The notes: generated from the letters alone by a model not told the origin. Shown: positions 34,954-48,592, counted from the first letter of the stretch. The stretch: DNA of 64,000 bases from Dendrobates tinctorius (GCF_039654945.1 NW_027361728.1:43772001-43836000); one strand, 5' to 3'. Numbers and translations are program-made.

Positions 34954-37865
34954 GGCAGCTACAGGTAGAAGATGTTGCTGCGGGACCAGTGTGTTGTCTG
35001 TAAAGTACTATATGAAGACACAGGAGGGTGAGTATAAGAATAGGGGCACAGGGCTTACATTTAAAGCACCACTCCAGCACTGAAAAATAACACTGGAGTG
35101 CTGCTTTAAGATCCCAAGGGAGAACTATAACTCTCAGCATGTCCTGCAGATCATATGGAATGCTGGGAGTTGTAGTTCACCACAGGATGTAAGTGATTTT
35201 TATGTGCTGCAATTACTAACCTTATAATTAATTCTTGTACAGGCTGCTGCTCACTGTACTCAGTGCAGGTCCTGCAGCTAGCAAGCCACACTGTGGTGAG
35301 GTAATGCAGCATTACATGGCCGCACAGTGCCCTCCTACTTATGGCCTCACCACAGGTCATGTAACAGGAAGCTACACTGTTTGTAGTGCGGTGTCTGCAG
35401 GACCTGTGATGAGATCAAGAAGAGGGAGGGCTTTGTGCGGTCATGTGATGCTCCAGCCCACCCTCTTCATGACCTCACCACAGGTCCTCCACAGAGCATT
35501 CAGCATCAAGCCCAGGCTGTGCTGCCTGTCAGGTATGTGGCGATCCCTCTAGTTGCACTCTGCTCCTGCCCCCTTCACCACCGGACACGCATCTTCCCAG
35601 CTGCTGCATGAATCCGCTGGGGAAACCTTGTGGGTCTGTTATTTGCTGCTCCCCGCTCACTGCTCATCTGACAGGAGAGCGGGGAAGCGGCTCATGAATA
35701 TTCACTTCACTGTATTGGGGCCACGTGGTTTCCCCAGTGGCTGGATTCCTGCAGCAGGCAACATTTTCCTGCCTCCTGCTATCCCAGTGCGATCTCACTC
35801 CTCGCTGCCCCCTCCCCACATGCTATATTCCGACCATAAGACGCACCCACACTTTCCTCCAAAATTTGGAGGGAAAAAAAGCGCGTCTTAAGGTCTGAAA
35901 AATATGGTAACAATGTCAGTGGAAAATGAAACTGCTGCAGACCCAGACTTTGAGCCTTCTACATCTAGTCCACATCTGTTCAATCAAGCTGATGTGAGTG
36001 ACTTGGGCAAAGATTTGAAATAGTCAGACGCAGGCTGAATTGATGGGATCAAGGCTACAAGAACGGAATCTCTTATTACCGGGAACAAGAGTCTGTTTTT
36101 CGCAGTCATCAAGAAGACCTTAATCAACTTTTCAACCATGTCGACAGGTTAACCTTTTGCAATGATGCCTTGGGGTTGTTTGATGCTCTTGGGTGGTGAC
36201 TGTTCATTGACTCGTCAGTTTTAAGTTTGTAAGGCTGTTTTACTACACAATGGAAATATCTATCCTTCTATATCTATTAGACATGCCGTACACCTGAAAG
36301 AAATGTATGAGAATATGGAGTTACTGTTGACCCACATTAATTATAGAAATTATAACTGGAACATATGTGGTGATCTAAAAGTTGTTGTACTTCTTCTTGG
36401 ACTGCAGCTTGGATATACCAAGTATTGTTTTATTTGTGACTGGGACAGTCGTGCACGAGAAATGCAAGATTTCAGAAAACACTGGCCACTCTGCAAAAAC
36501 CTGGTTGCTGGACAGAAGAATGTTAAACATAATCCTCTCGTTGATCCAGCAAAGAGATTTCTCCCTCCTTTTGCATATTAAAATTGGGCTTATGGAGAAT
36601 TTTGTCAAAGCAATCAACAACTAATCGGAAGCCTTTTCTTACTTGCGACCGAAATTTCCAAGAATAAGTGATGCAAAGATTTAAAAAGGTATTTTTATTG
36701 GCCCACAGATCAGAGAACTAATGAATGACAGTAGCTTTGATGGTCTTTTTTTACAAGATGTTGAACAAGTGGCATGGAGAGCCTTTAAAGATGTGACCTT
36801 CAACTTCCTTGGCAATAGCAGGGCACCAAACTTTGAACATCTCATGGACAACATGCTCACAGCATATCATTTGATGAAATACAATATGTCACTAAAAATG
36901 CATTTTCTGCATTCTCACTTGGACTTTTTCCAGCCAGTCGTGCCGATAGCGATTAACACGGTGACAGATTTCACCAAGACATTGCGCTGATGGAGAAAAG
37001 GTACCAGGGAGTGGAATACGTCAATGCTGGCTACTATTGCTGGAATCTAATTTGAGAAGCATCTGACACTGATTATAAAGTCGTCTGCAAAACACTCTTG
37101 AACAATTGCTTTTGCTACTGACATCGATGCACATGTATGTAGTGTCTCGGACATCATAATGTAGACTATAAACTGTTTCTTAACCCCTTACTGCCAGCTG
37201 ACGCAATAGTACGTCAGCACGGCAGTATCCCCCGCTTTGTGGTGGGCTTTGGCGGTGAGCCCACCTCAAAGCCGCGACATCAGCTGTTTTTAACAGCTGA
37301 CATGTACCCGCAATAGGCGCGAGCAGAATCGCGTTCCGCCTGCGCCTATTAAGTAGTTAAATTCTGCTGTCAAACTGACCTCGGGCATTTAAATGCACTT
37401 CCGGACGCCGGTCTGGAAATACACGCAGTGACTACCCCCGTCATGTGATCGGGGTCATCGCTGCTTTGCCATCACAACCAAAAGTCTCCTCGAGAACTCT
37501 GTGGTGGTTGATGGCAGATTGCTATGAGCGCCACCATGTGGTCGGCGCTCATAGCAAGCCTGTAATTCTGCTGCATAGAGGTGATCTGAGCATCATCTCT
37601 ATGTAGCAGAGGCAATCGCGCTATGGCAGCTTCTAGCCTCTTATGGAGGCTATTGAAGAATGCCAAAAGTAAAAAAAAAAAGTGTTTAAAAATATATAAA
37701 AAATTTTTAAAAAAAACAAAAGTTCAGATCACCCCCCCCACCCCTTTCGCCTCCCCCTTTCGCCCGAATCAAAATAAAACGATAAAAAAAATCAAACCTG
37801 CACATATTTGGTATTGCCGCTTTCAGAATCGCCCGATCCATGAATAAAAAAAAAAATTAACCTGA

Positions 37866-40800
37866 TTTTCCAGGACGTCCTATCCTGACAGTACCATAGG
37901 GGTTGTCCTTTCAACCTTACAGGGACAGGAAATGTAAGAGAGGTTAAAGGTCCCCTCCCACATCCACACTCCAGTGTTTTTCCTGTCCCTGTAAGGACAG
38001 GCACGAGAGCGCCGCAGAAGTGCGGCATCCAGCAAGAAACTTACCGAGGAGGAGCGGGGTCCAAACACCAGATCCTCCCGTCATATGGCCCGTGGCGGTT
38101 CTCCGCCAGGTGTCCCATGGAGCGCTGCTCCGGGACTTGGAGCCGCTTCCCCTCAGCGGGGCTCTCTGCTTCCGCCGCATCACCCAGAGACGCTGGAAGC
38201 GTCGGCGGCCGCGTCACTTCCGGGCGTCTGATGACTACTTCCGGCGGCGCCATGACAGATCAGCGCGGCAGGGAAGATCGTCTGCAGGACAAGGTAGGAT
38301 AAAACCGGGGAGGTGGGCGACCAGGCAGAGACGCGGTAAACACTCCCCACCACGGAAAACGCCGCACAGCCAGAGTAGCCAGCATCCGTAAGTAGGACTC
38401 TGGAGGAGGGCTGTACATTCCAAAGGCAGGAGCTTAATAAAACTCCTGTGCTTGTAGGAGAACACGGCATAAGGCAGCCACAGCATCGACCTCCAGGAGA
38501 CCCAAGTGCCCCATCTGTACCAGTAAATTGCCGGGGTCATGGGAAAAAGCCTGTATGTGAGGAGTGCCCCGTATCTGCGGAGTGCACCCTGAAGATCATC
38601 AGGGGCGAACAGGCCTCTGTTTGCAGAGATGCGTACAATGGTCAGACAGGAGGTCCAGACATCCGTCTCCGTACTGCTACCCGCTCAGTCTTCCAGCCAG
38701 CCCCAGGCTAAGAGGCAAAGATTGGAGTCTGAGCAGTCGTCGGACGAGGAGATCCTTGACACGGACGAGGAGGAGGAAGGCGAGATCACCTCAGAACCCC
38801 TGGATATGGGGAAGAGATACCTCTTCTCCTCAGACAACACAGACAAGCTTCTCGGCGCCGTGAGAAGCACCATGCAGATTGAGGAGGCCCCAAAGACTAA
38901 ATCCATCCAGGACGAGATGTTCGGAGGCCTGAGAGCGAGGATCCGTCAAGTCTTTCCAGTTAACGACCATATCTGTTCGATGATTCTGGAGGAATGGGAG
39001 GATTCCGAGAAACGTCTAGTCATACCTCGAGACTTTAAACTTAGACTACCGTTTAGCCAGGAGGACATCAACACTTGGGACGAGGTGCCTAAAATCGGCA
39101 CCCCGGTGGCCAGGGTACCGAAGAAGACTTCGATTCCCTTTGAAGATTCCTCCAGCCTCAAGGAACCCATGGACAAGAAGGCCGATGTACTCCTGAAAAG
39201 GGCTTGGGAGGCCTCTCCTCTGCGGCGGTTATGAAGACAAATCTAGCCGCCACATCGGTCGCCAGATCCGTGCACCTATGGATCGACCACCTAGAACAAC
39301 TAAAAGATAAGACCCCTAGGGGCGATATGTTAGAAGGCTTTCCACTGTTAAAAATCACAACCGGATTCATGGCGGACGCCTCTGCCGAATCTGTACAATT
39401 CACGGCCAGAAATAATTTTGTCCAATGCGGCTCGTCAAGCCATTTGGATGAAGACCTGGTCAGGGGACTATCAGTCAAAAAATAAGTTGTGCGCTATACC
39501 CTTCTCAGGTGGGAAGGTATTTGGGCCGGCCTTAGATAAAATCCTGGAGAATGCCTTGGATGACAAAAAAGGTCTTCTGGAGGAAAAACCGAAAAAAACA
39601 TTTCCCTTTCAGAGACCCAGGCCTAACCAGTGGCAGGAATATAGAGGGAAGGGGAAATCACCTCGCTAGGATTACACAAAAGGGGGGGAAAAGTAGGGGT
39701 CCCACTCCAGGAGCAGGAGACAATGACGCCTGGGGCGTTGCCTCAGACACTTCACGGGGGCATGGGAACTCATCTCCCAAAACGGCGTATCCTCAATACG
39801 GTCTCCCAGGGCTATACCCTCGAATTTGCAGAGCCCCCCCCCCCCCCAGCACGGTTAGTCATAACAAATCCTCAGTCCAGATCCCTTATAGATCCCACTT
39901 GTGCAGACATAAAAGACCTGCTAGAATCAGGGGTAGTAGTCCCAGAAAAGGAAAGAGGGCAGGGCCACTATTCAACCCTCGTCACCGTAAAAAAACCGTC
40001 GGGAGACAGTTGCACTATTATCCAGAGGCCTCACCGACCAGGTGATCTCAACGTTGCAGGCTAGCCGTAAACCCGTTACGAGGGCTATATATCGGAAAAT
40101 TTGGAAGAAGTTCTGCTCGGAAGGTGGTAGTACTCCCATAGACTCATCTCGGCCGAACATCCCTCAGATCCTTGACTTCCTGCAGGCAGGATTTAATAAG
40201 GGCCTAACTCCAAGCACGTTAAAAGTCCAGATAGCGGCTCTAAGTACTTTCTTTAATTTTTCCTTAGCCTCTCACTCATGGATAGTGCAATTTACAAAGG
40301 CCATCCAGAGATTGAGACCCACACTAAGAAAGAGTTCCTCTGTGGGACCTAAATCTTGTACTTAACGCCCTATGCAGTCCACCTTACGAGCCAGTATCCA
40401 AAATAGACATCACAAGGCTCACACAGAAAAGTCTTTCTGATAGCCATCACCTCAGCCAAACGGCTGGGAGAAATCTGAGCCCTGTCAGTCCAGAATCCCT
40501 ACATACAGATCTTTGAGGACCGCATAATATTAAAACTGAACCCAGGTTTCCTCCCTAAGGTAGTATCTCCCCAGAATTTAAACCAAGAGAGAGTCCTACC
40601 CTCATTCTGCCCATTTCCAAAAAAGATAAAGAAAGGCTCTTTCACTCTTTGGACGTCAGGCGTGCAGTCACACGCTACTTAAAGTCACGCAAGAGTGGCG
40701 CCAGGACACTATTGTTTGTCCAGTACAGAGGTAAAAATAGGGGTACAGGCGCATCTACACACACCCTAGGTAGATGGATAACATCAGTTATTGCCTCAGC

Positions 40801-41373
40801 GTACGAAACCAAGGGGTTACCTATACCAGAGGGGCTTAGAGCCCATTCCACCAGGGCAATGGCAACATCATGGGCAGAGAGGGTGGGAGCCTCAATAGAG
40901 CAGACTTGCAGGGCCGCCACCTGGTCTACACTAAACACTTTCTGTAGACATTACAAATTGGACACGTTAACAGCCAACCAGACGACCTTTGGTCGTAAAG
41001 TGTTACAAGCTGTAGTCCCACCCTAAGCGAATTCCTTCTTTGGTATTCCCCATGGTGCTGTCAGGATAGGAAGGCCTGAAAAACGGAGATTAGACCTACC
41101 GGTAATATTATTTCCAGGAGTCCATCCTGACAGCACTGGTAGTTCCCTCCCGTTTTGTATTTGTGTTACTATGCTTATACTAAATCTCAATAAATATTAA
41201 TTGCATCCATACTAGTGTGGTACTTGGGGAAAATCACTGGATTGTGGATGTGGGAGGGGACCTTTTAACCTCTTGTGCATTTCCTGTCTCTGTAAGGATG
41301 AAAGGACAACCCCCATGGGTCTGTCAGGATGGACTACTGGAAATAACATTACCGGTTGGTCTAATGTCCATTT
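37866..41373 (+). mobile_element. DIRS1-like tyrosine-recombinase retrotransposon, internally deleted
   Basis: Inverted terminal repeats (37866-37980 vs 41228-41342), 3' extension of the right ITR, internal complementary region 41048-41135, gag-like fragments 38629-39669, RT start about 39723-40020, YR 40042-41026, T-run at both junctions. Confidence 0.92.
40042..41026 (+). pseudogene. DIRS tyrosine recombinase, frameshifted
   Basis: ILDFLQAGFNKGLTPSTLKVQIAALS, AITSAKRLGE, LDVRRAV..Y, RAHSTRAMATSWA, CRAATWSTLNTFCRHY. Confidence 0.9.
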
Positions 41374-43439
41374 TTTTTTTGGTCGCCGCGACATTGCCCG
41401 TTATTGCATTTTAATGCAATCAAAAAGAACTTATCTGCACAAATGTGGCATCATTAAAAACGTCAGCTCGGCATGCAAAAAATAAGCCCTCACCCAATCC
41501 AAGATCACAAAAAATGGAGACGCCACGGGTGTTGGAAAATTGCGCAATTTTTTTTTTTTTTAACAAACTTTAGAATTTTTTTCACTACTTACACAAAAGA
41601 GAACCTAGACATGTTGGGTCTCTATGAACTTGTAATGACCTGGAGAATCATAATGGCATGTCAGTTTTAGCATTTGGTGAACCTAGCAATAAAGCCAAAT
41701 AAAAAACAAGTGTGGGTTTGCACGTTTTTTGCAATTTCACCGCACTTGGAATTTTTCCCGTTTTCGAGTACACAACATGATAAAACCAATGGTGTCGTTC
41801 AAAAGTGCAACTCGTCCCGCAAAAAATAAGCCCTCACATGGTCATATTGACAGAAAAATAAAAAGTTATGGCTCTGGAAAGAAGGGGAACAAAAAAGCTC
41901 CGGTCAAAAACCTTACATGATAGCCTTTTGGAGCACATATTCGCGTTCAGCATATCAAAATCTGTTACAATAACATTTTCTCGGGGGACAAGAACTTCCC
42001 TGAAATTTGTTGCGCAGTGTTAGCCTTTTAAATGCCTATATCAGTCTCTTACAGCCTCATTTAACTCACCCTGACGAGCGCTTGTGTCCTTCCGACCATC
42101 AACGCGCCTCTGACGTGGTTGCAGATGTGTTGTCATGACAGCCGGGGGTCAGCCGATGACCTCCATGCTTGCTATTACGGAACGCCTTTGAAATTTTGCC
42201 TGTTGCTGAGCTTCAAAGGAGACTGATTGCACAAGCAATTGGACGATCACACTTCAAGGGCCCTAAGGATGCTAACAAAATCATTTAAAAAAAAAAAAAA
42301 AAATTCAAATCTCCCTCCTTTTCCCACACTGAAAAAAATAAATTAAAATTTTTTTAACGTACACGTTGTATCTACTCTTTCAGAAAAGTCTAATCTATCA
42401 AAATGTAAAAACAATAAACACTTTAAATGGAAAAAAATTCAAGAGTGCCAAAATTAAAAAAAAAAAAATTTCCCCACAATTCCCCCAAAAATGCTGTAAC
42501 AAACGATCAAAAAGTCACATCTATCCCAAACTGGTGCTAATAAAAAACGTTGTTTTGCCCTGCAAAAAAAATAAGCTAACATACAGCTCCATTTGACGAA
42601 AAATTGTTACATGTCTAGGAAAATGGCAACACAACTCCCCCAATTTTATTTTTGAAAATTTCAAATGTTTTTTTCACCACTAAATTAAAAAAAACTGGAT
42701 GTTTGGTACCGCCGTTATTATATTGATGAGCAGAATCATATTGCATGGTAATTTTTACCAGGAAAATGCACACCGTAAAAATTCCCAAAAATCAATGTCA
42801 GAACTATGCTTCCCCCTCGCAATTTCATCGTACTTGGAATTTTTTTTCCCCATTTTCATGTACACTAACTAGTAAAATGAATGGTGTCATTCAAAAGTTC
42901 AAATCCTTCTGCAAAAAACAAGCCCTCATTTGTTTGTGGACAGAAAAATAAGGCTTATGGCTTGGGGGGGAAAAAAACTGGAGGAAAAAACAAACGAAAA
43001 TGGGCCGCGTCGTGAAGGTGTTCATTAAAAGAAAACAGACTCCTTTGTTTGAAAAAAAAACACTAGCCAACCTCTGTTACCTATTTATTAGTGTAAAATT
43101 AAAAATAAAAAATTATTCCTCACCTGTCCAATCTTTGACCCACGTTGCAATCCATCTCTGCTGCATCTGGATGCCTTGCTGAATGGTGGAATGATGCGAT
43201 TGTTCAGCCGGTCATCCAGGAGATACTGAACTTGAGGGACCTGCGGTGACGTCATTGAGGTTACTGCAGGTCACTGCGGCTGCTGTCCCCCCCCCGATCC
43301 CTGGGCGGTGGCCGCTGCTGCTGCGGTGTAACCCCACCCCCGGTTTTCTTGTATGAGTTATTATTTATCGCAGAGTATGGTCTGAGACTGTACTCATGTT
43401 TGTGTATTTTTGCAGATTGAGTGGTCCGCACTAAATCAC

Positions 43440-43642
43440 AGAGCCTTGTCTTTGCAGCGCTGGGGTCCTGGGTTCAAATCTCACCAAAGACAACATTTGC
43501 AATGAGTTTGTGTGTTCTCACCATGTTTGAGTAGGTTTCTTCCCACAGACTAGACTTGCTAATTGGGGGTCACAGTCTAAATTCCCAACATGGACAGTGA
43601 TGATGTCTGTAAAGCGCTGCGGCATATGATGGCGCTATAAAT
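43440..43642 (+). mobile_element. tRNA-derived SINE (V-SINE-like) with L2-type tail
   Basis: B box GGTTCAAATC near 43471, central GAGTTTGTGTGTTCTC..GGTTTC domain, 3' TGTAAAGCGCTGCGG..GGCGCTATAAAT. Confidence 0.7.
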
Positions 43643-45411
43643 TTAATTCATTTTTATAGCGCCATTTATTCCATGGCGCTTTACATGTGAAAAGGGGCAT
43701 ACATAGACAATAAACATGAGCAATACAAGGAACACAAAGTACAGAAGGAAAGAAGACCCTGCCGGCGAGGGCTCACAGTCTGCAGGGGATGGGTGAGGAT
43801 ACACTAGGAGAGGGTGGAGTTGGTCGTGCGGCAATTCAGTAGCCTGAGGATCACTGCAAGTTGTAGGCTTTCTGGAAGAGGTGGGTCTTCAGGTTTCTTT
43901 TGAAAGTTTCCGTGGTAGGCGTAAGTCTGATGTGTTGGTAGAGAGTTCCAGAGTATGGTGGAAGCACGGGAGAAGTCTTGTATGCTGTTGTGAGAAGAAG
44001 CGATAAGAGGGGGGAGTAGAGAAGGAGATCTTGAGAGGATTGAAGGTTGCGTGTAGGTAAGTACCAGGAGACCATGTTACAGATGTATGTAGGAGGCAGG
44101 TTGTGGATGGCTTTGTATGTCATAGTTGGGGTTTTGAACTAGAGCCTCTGGATGATAGAAAGCAAGTGAAGGGCTTGGCAGAGAGGAGAGGCTGGGAAAT
44201 AACGGAGACAGGTGGATTAGTCAGGCAGCTGAGTTTAGGATAGATTTCAGTGGTGCTAGAGGGGAGGCCAGAGAGTAGGAGGTTGCAATAGTCGAGACGG
44301 GAGATGAGGGCGTGCACGAGCGTTTTTTGCATTTTCTTAGTCAAGGAATGTACGGATCCAGGAAATATTTGAGTTGCAGTCTGCAGGGGGATGCAAGGGC
44401 TTGGATATGTGGCTTGAAAGAGGGCAGAGTCGAGGATCACCCCGAGGCACCGAGCATGCAGGACTGGAGAATATGAGCAGCCACTGACATGGATGGTTAG
44501 GTCTGGTGGAGGGGGGGAAAGATGATGAATTCAGTTTTGTCCATGTTTAGTTTTAGAAAGCGAGCAGAAAAGAAAGATGAAATAGCTGACGTGGGATTTT
44601 GTTCAGCAAGGAGGTGATGTCAGGTCCAGATAGGTAGATCTACGTGTCAACGGCGTAGAGGTGATACTGCAAACCGTGGGATTCTATGAGCTGTGTCAGG
44701 CCGAAGGTGTAGATGGAGAAGAGTGGGGGTCCAAAAACTTGAGCTTTGGGCAACATCGACAGACAGGGGGCGTGGTGAGGTGGTGGTGTGGGAGAGGGGA
44801 AATGCTGAATGTTCGGTCTGTTAAATACGACGAGATCCAGGTTAGGTTCAAATCTGTGATGCCAAGAGATGAATCTGTAACAAGAGGGAATGGTCTACAG
44901 TGTCAAAGGCAGAAGACGGGTCCAGGAGAAGGACAGATTAGTGTCGCTTGCTCTTGGCAGTTAGTAGGTCATTGGTGACTTTAGTTAGTGCAGTTTTAGT
45001 TGAGTGTTGCAGTTGAAAGCCAGATTGTAACCAGTCAAAGAGGGAGCAGGAGAGGTGGGAGGACAGTTCAAGATGGACGTGCTGTTCAGTAGTTTTGAGG
45101 CATAGGGGAGAAGTGATGTCGAGTGAGGGCTTTTTGAGGATGGGTGTGATTGAGACATGTTTGAAGGATCAGGGGAAGACACCATTTGTAAGTGAAAGGT
45201 TGAAGAGATGGGATAGGGTTGGGATGAAGACTGGCGAGGTTAGCGGTGAGGTGGGATGGGAGCGGATCAAGCGTGCAAGTGGTAAGATGTGATCTTGACA
45301 GAAGAGTGGAGAGCTGATCTTCTGTAATGGTGGAGAAGCTTGTTTTGGAAGAACAGGGCTGAGCAGTTAAGAGGAGGGGCATTGGGGGCTGCAGGACAAA
45401 GCTTTCTCTAA

Positions 45412-45801
45412 AGGTACTGTCACACTTAGCGATGTACCAGCGATCCTGACCAGCGATATGACGTGGTCAGGATCGCTGGTACATTGCTAAGTGGTCGCTA
45501 GTGAGCTGCCACACATGCAGATCTCACCAGTGACATCGCTGGGGACGGGGGTCGCTACTTACCTGTCACACTAGGCGATCCTGCGTCCTCCCGCCTGGCT
45601 CCACGCTCATCTCTCCACAGTAAGCGCCGCAGGAAGCTGACGACGAGAAACAGTCCTGGACGTTCTTGCGCGATCAGCGATAAGCAGCGTGGGAGCGGGT
45701 TGTAGGTAAGTATCACACATAGCGATATCGCTAGCAATATCGCTATAAAGTCACAAGTTATAGCGATATTGCTAGCGATATCGCTTAGTGTGAGAGGCCC
45801 T
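45412..45801. mobile_element. PIF/Harbinger-type MITE inside L2
   Basis: TAA TSD; AGGTACTGTCACACTTAGCGA / TCGCTTAGTGTGAGAGGCCCT; internal AGCGATATCGCT palindromes. Confidence 0.8.
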
Positions 45802-47009
45802 TAATGTTATAGATCTTCTGCTTAAAGAAAGAGGCAAAGTCTTCAGCAGAAATGAGGAGAGGGAGGATGTGCTGGGGGACTGAGTAGAGAATTGAAAGTG
45901 TTGAAAAGTTGTTTAGGGTTGTGAGACGTATATGAGAGATGAGAAGTAAGTTTGTTTTGCGGCAGTGAGCGTGGACTTGAAGCTGGCAAGGGACTGCCTG
46001 TATGCAATAAAGTGCTTGGCAGAATGGGATCTCTTGCATCTCCGCTCAGCAACCATGGAAGCCCGTCTCCGTTCTTTGGTCAGGCTAGTCACCCAGGGTT
46101 GCCTGTTGATTGTACGAGTTTTGCTGTGCGTGAGGGGGTGGCCGATTCGAGTGTTGCTGTTATTGTGGTGGTATAAAGTGGCAGCAGCATCTGTCATGTA
46201 AGAACGCTATGTCTGTAAGAGTGAGAAGGGACTCAGAGTGAGAGTAAAAATTAAGGTGTTTGAGATTTCTGCGAGGGTGAGTGAGTTTGTGGAGTGGGGG
46301 TTGCGCACTAGGAGAGGGAAGAGAATGTCAGTAGGTTGTTGTCAGATGGGGAGGGGTGAGATTAGTAAGTGAACCGAGGCAGGTTTAGATAAGGTCCAGC
46401 GTGTGGCCATCTTTGTCAGGGGCCATGGAGGACCATTGAGGGAGGTCAAAGGCGGCACTCAGTGATAAAAGTTTAGAGGCAGCTGAGGTGGGAGTGTCAA
46501 TGGGGATGTTGAAGTCACCCGTGATGTTAGTGGGGATGTCAGTAGAAAGAAAATGAAGTAAGCCAGGTGCTGAAGTGGTCGAGAAAGATGGAGATGGTTA
46601 GTTCTGGGGGACGGTAGATGACAGCCAGCTGGAGGTTGGAGAGGGAATAGATGCGGACGGAGTGTACCTCAAACGAGGGAAGAGTAGCGGAGGGTGGTAG
46701 AGGAATTGGGGTAAAGGAGCAGGTATCGGACAAGCCAACTCCTCCACCACATTTGTTGCTGGAGCGAGGGGTGTGATAGAGATTAAGTCCGCCATAAGAA
46801 AGTGCAGCTGGAGAGGCTGTGTCAGAGGGGGCGAACCAGGTTTCAGTGATGCCAAGTAAGGAGAGTTGTTGGTGATAAAGAGGTCATGGATATACAACAG
46901 TTTGTTGCAGACCGAGCATGCGTTCCATAGTGCTCCAGGTAGGGAGACGGGAGAGTTGGGGGCTGGATGAATGGGTATGAGGTTATCATGGTTGCAAAAG
47001 CGTGTAGAG

Positions 47010-47527
47010 CAGTGGTCCCCAACCTTTCTGACCTAGAGAGCCACATTCCGCTCAGTGAGAGCTCCGCGAGCCACATTCTGCTCTGGGAGGGCATCGCGAG
47101 CCACATCTAGCTCCCTTCCCCTCACAGTAATGGCAACCAGAGCCCCCATTACGGTTATAATGATGATCATAACTTTTCCACAGAAATCACCCCAAAGCAG
47201 TATACCAAGATTCAGTGGTCCCCACAATACTCCCATTCAGCACTCACTGTCACGTCCAGCTTCAGGCACCTTATCCGACAGGTAGTATCATCCTGTCTCC
47301 AGCGTATCATAATTAAATTATCTCTAAACCCCCTAAGACCAGTATATGTGCATCAGATCTGCTTTTCTGTGCATGGCTACGCACAAAATACACCATTCTT
47401 AGATTTCCTCCTCATACCTGTTTGCTATATCTGCAACTAATGCATCACGCTGGCAGACACCTGCGAGCCACAATTTATGGGACCGCGAGCCACATGTGGC
47501 TCCTGAGCTACAAGTTGGGGACCCCTG
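47010..47527. mobile_element. hAT/Charlie-type MITE inside L2
   Basis: TIR CAGTGGTCCCCAAC / GTTGGGGACCCCTG; TSD GTGTAGAG / GTGTAGAA; repeated GCGAGCCACA subterminal motifs. Confidence 0.85.
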
Positions 47528-48350
47528 GTGTAGAAGATTGCCCAGGGTGTTAGTAATTAGTGTGGGGATGTGCTGAGGAGGGCCAGGATTTGGGGATATG
47601 TCGCCTGCAATGCGGAGTAGCAGACAGAATTAGAAGGTGGGAGCAGGATAGGATATGATGTGGCCGTGTGTGTCTGGGGAAAAAAGGATTGTATGTGGAG
47701 GAACAGTTCTGAGGAAGAGGTGAGATGGCTGGGGAGGATGGAGGGGAGCAATGACTAGTTCCTTACTAGGTAGAGGGATTACAGGAGATGGGAAGAAGTG
47801 AAGTAGTATGGGGGTGATAGTGAAAAGAAACTGAAACATTGTAGTGGTGGTCTATCCCAGTCAATTCCAGTCTAGGTAGAGTCTAATACAAAGTAATGTA
47901 CTTTGAAAGATGCCTGGATCAGACTCCTGTTAAATGTGGCTTGTATGAACTCTGTACATTTATCTTTAAGGGGAGATTGCATGTAAGACTGTGCATAGGA
48001 CAAACTTTTACGCTTTAAAAAAGTGAAAAATATTTATGAAAAATAATCTCAAATCGTATAAATGGTTAATGTAGAAGGGATGTAGAAGTGTCATGCTGGT
48101 TGTCGTCTTTAACATTTCCCAGTAGTCTGCCTTAAGAAAATGGGATGTACAAAAAGCCCAAACTGCTTGCAACTCGATGTAAAGTGTGAATAGGCTGCAG
48201 CGTTCGCACAAGTGCCGGCGTGGGACTGCCACTGGCTTGACATTGAGGCTTATACTGAGGATAGCTCGCCACTTCTCACAGGCTTTTGGAGCTCTGCATC
48301 CTTAGGACTAGCAATTTTGTTCCCTGACCCCCATGTTTCTTCTCTTTTAG

Positions 48351-48457
48351 GGTAACAGAATAATTTCTCGCACGGATAGGAACGCCTGCATTGAGCGCAC
48401 TGAATGAAAAGATTTCTGCCTCTATAGCATCATATTCTAACAGCCTGGTCTCTGTGA
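48351..48457 (+). other. PDCD10: 5' UTR portion of the first coding exon of PDCD10
   Basis: Acceptor TTTCTTCTCTTTTAG| at 48350. Confidence 0.75.

Positions 48458-48592
<135 letters not shown>

Larger units (their letters stand above)
33657..35907. mobile_element. Non-autonomous Tc2/pogo-like element (outer)
   Basis: TA|CCTTATTTTTTGGACTATAAGACGC ... GCGTCTTAAGGTCTGAAAAATATGG|TA; spans the gap, so contiguity is assumed. Confidence 0.65.
33090..37150 (+). mobile_element. Degenerate Chapaev (CMC superfamily, Chapaev3-like) transposon interrupted by nested Tc2-like elements
   Basis: N-terminal SMPFAVPMIWR..CYFCLTNVTG..LPSAIRPVPH (about 33440-33620); core LFIDSS, ICGDLKVV..CFICDWDSRA, HIKIGLMENFVKA, GIFIGPQIR, SLKMHFLHSHLDFF, HGDRFHQDI (about 36200-36985). 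Many stops and frameshifts; family assigned from recalled motifs. Confidence 0.65.
37184..41905. mobile_element. T2/Kolobok-type non-autonomous element (TTAA|CCCCTT end) split by the DIRS insertion
   Basis: Starts TTAA|CCCCTTA and is related in inverse orientation to 48940-52100 (shared GCTATGAGCGCC..GGCGCTCATAGC hairpin); right end degenerate. Confidence 0.55.
43643..47850 (-). mobile_element. L2-clade LINE, long degenerate copy (endonuclease + RT remnants)
   Basis: Endonuclease SFEVHSVRIY..LQLAVIYRPP; TTCTLDPLPS; HLYAVDT; LVHALISRLDYCNLLL; FKRNLKTHLF. Two MITE insertions inside. Confidence 0.9.

Noticed and set aside
35120-35180. ZNF143-like motif pair (ACTATAACTCTCAGCA / TGCTGGGAGTTGTAGT)
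   Set aside because: Part of a small palindrome inside a TE, with no other promoter evidence.
43465-43485. tRNA gene
   Set aside because: Only a B box within a SINE head; no cloverleaf.
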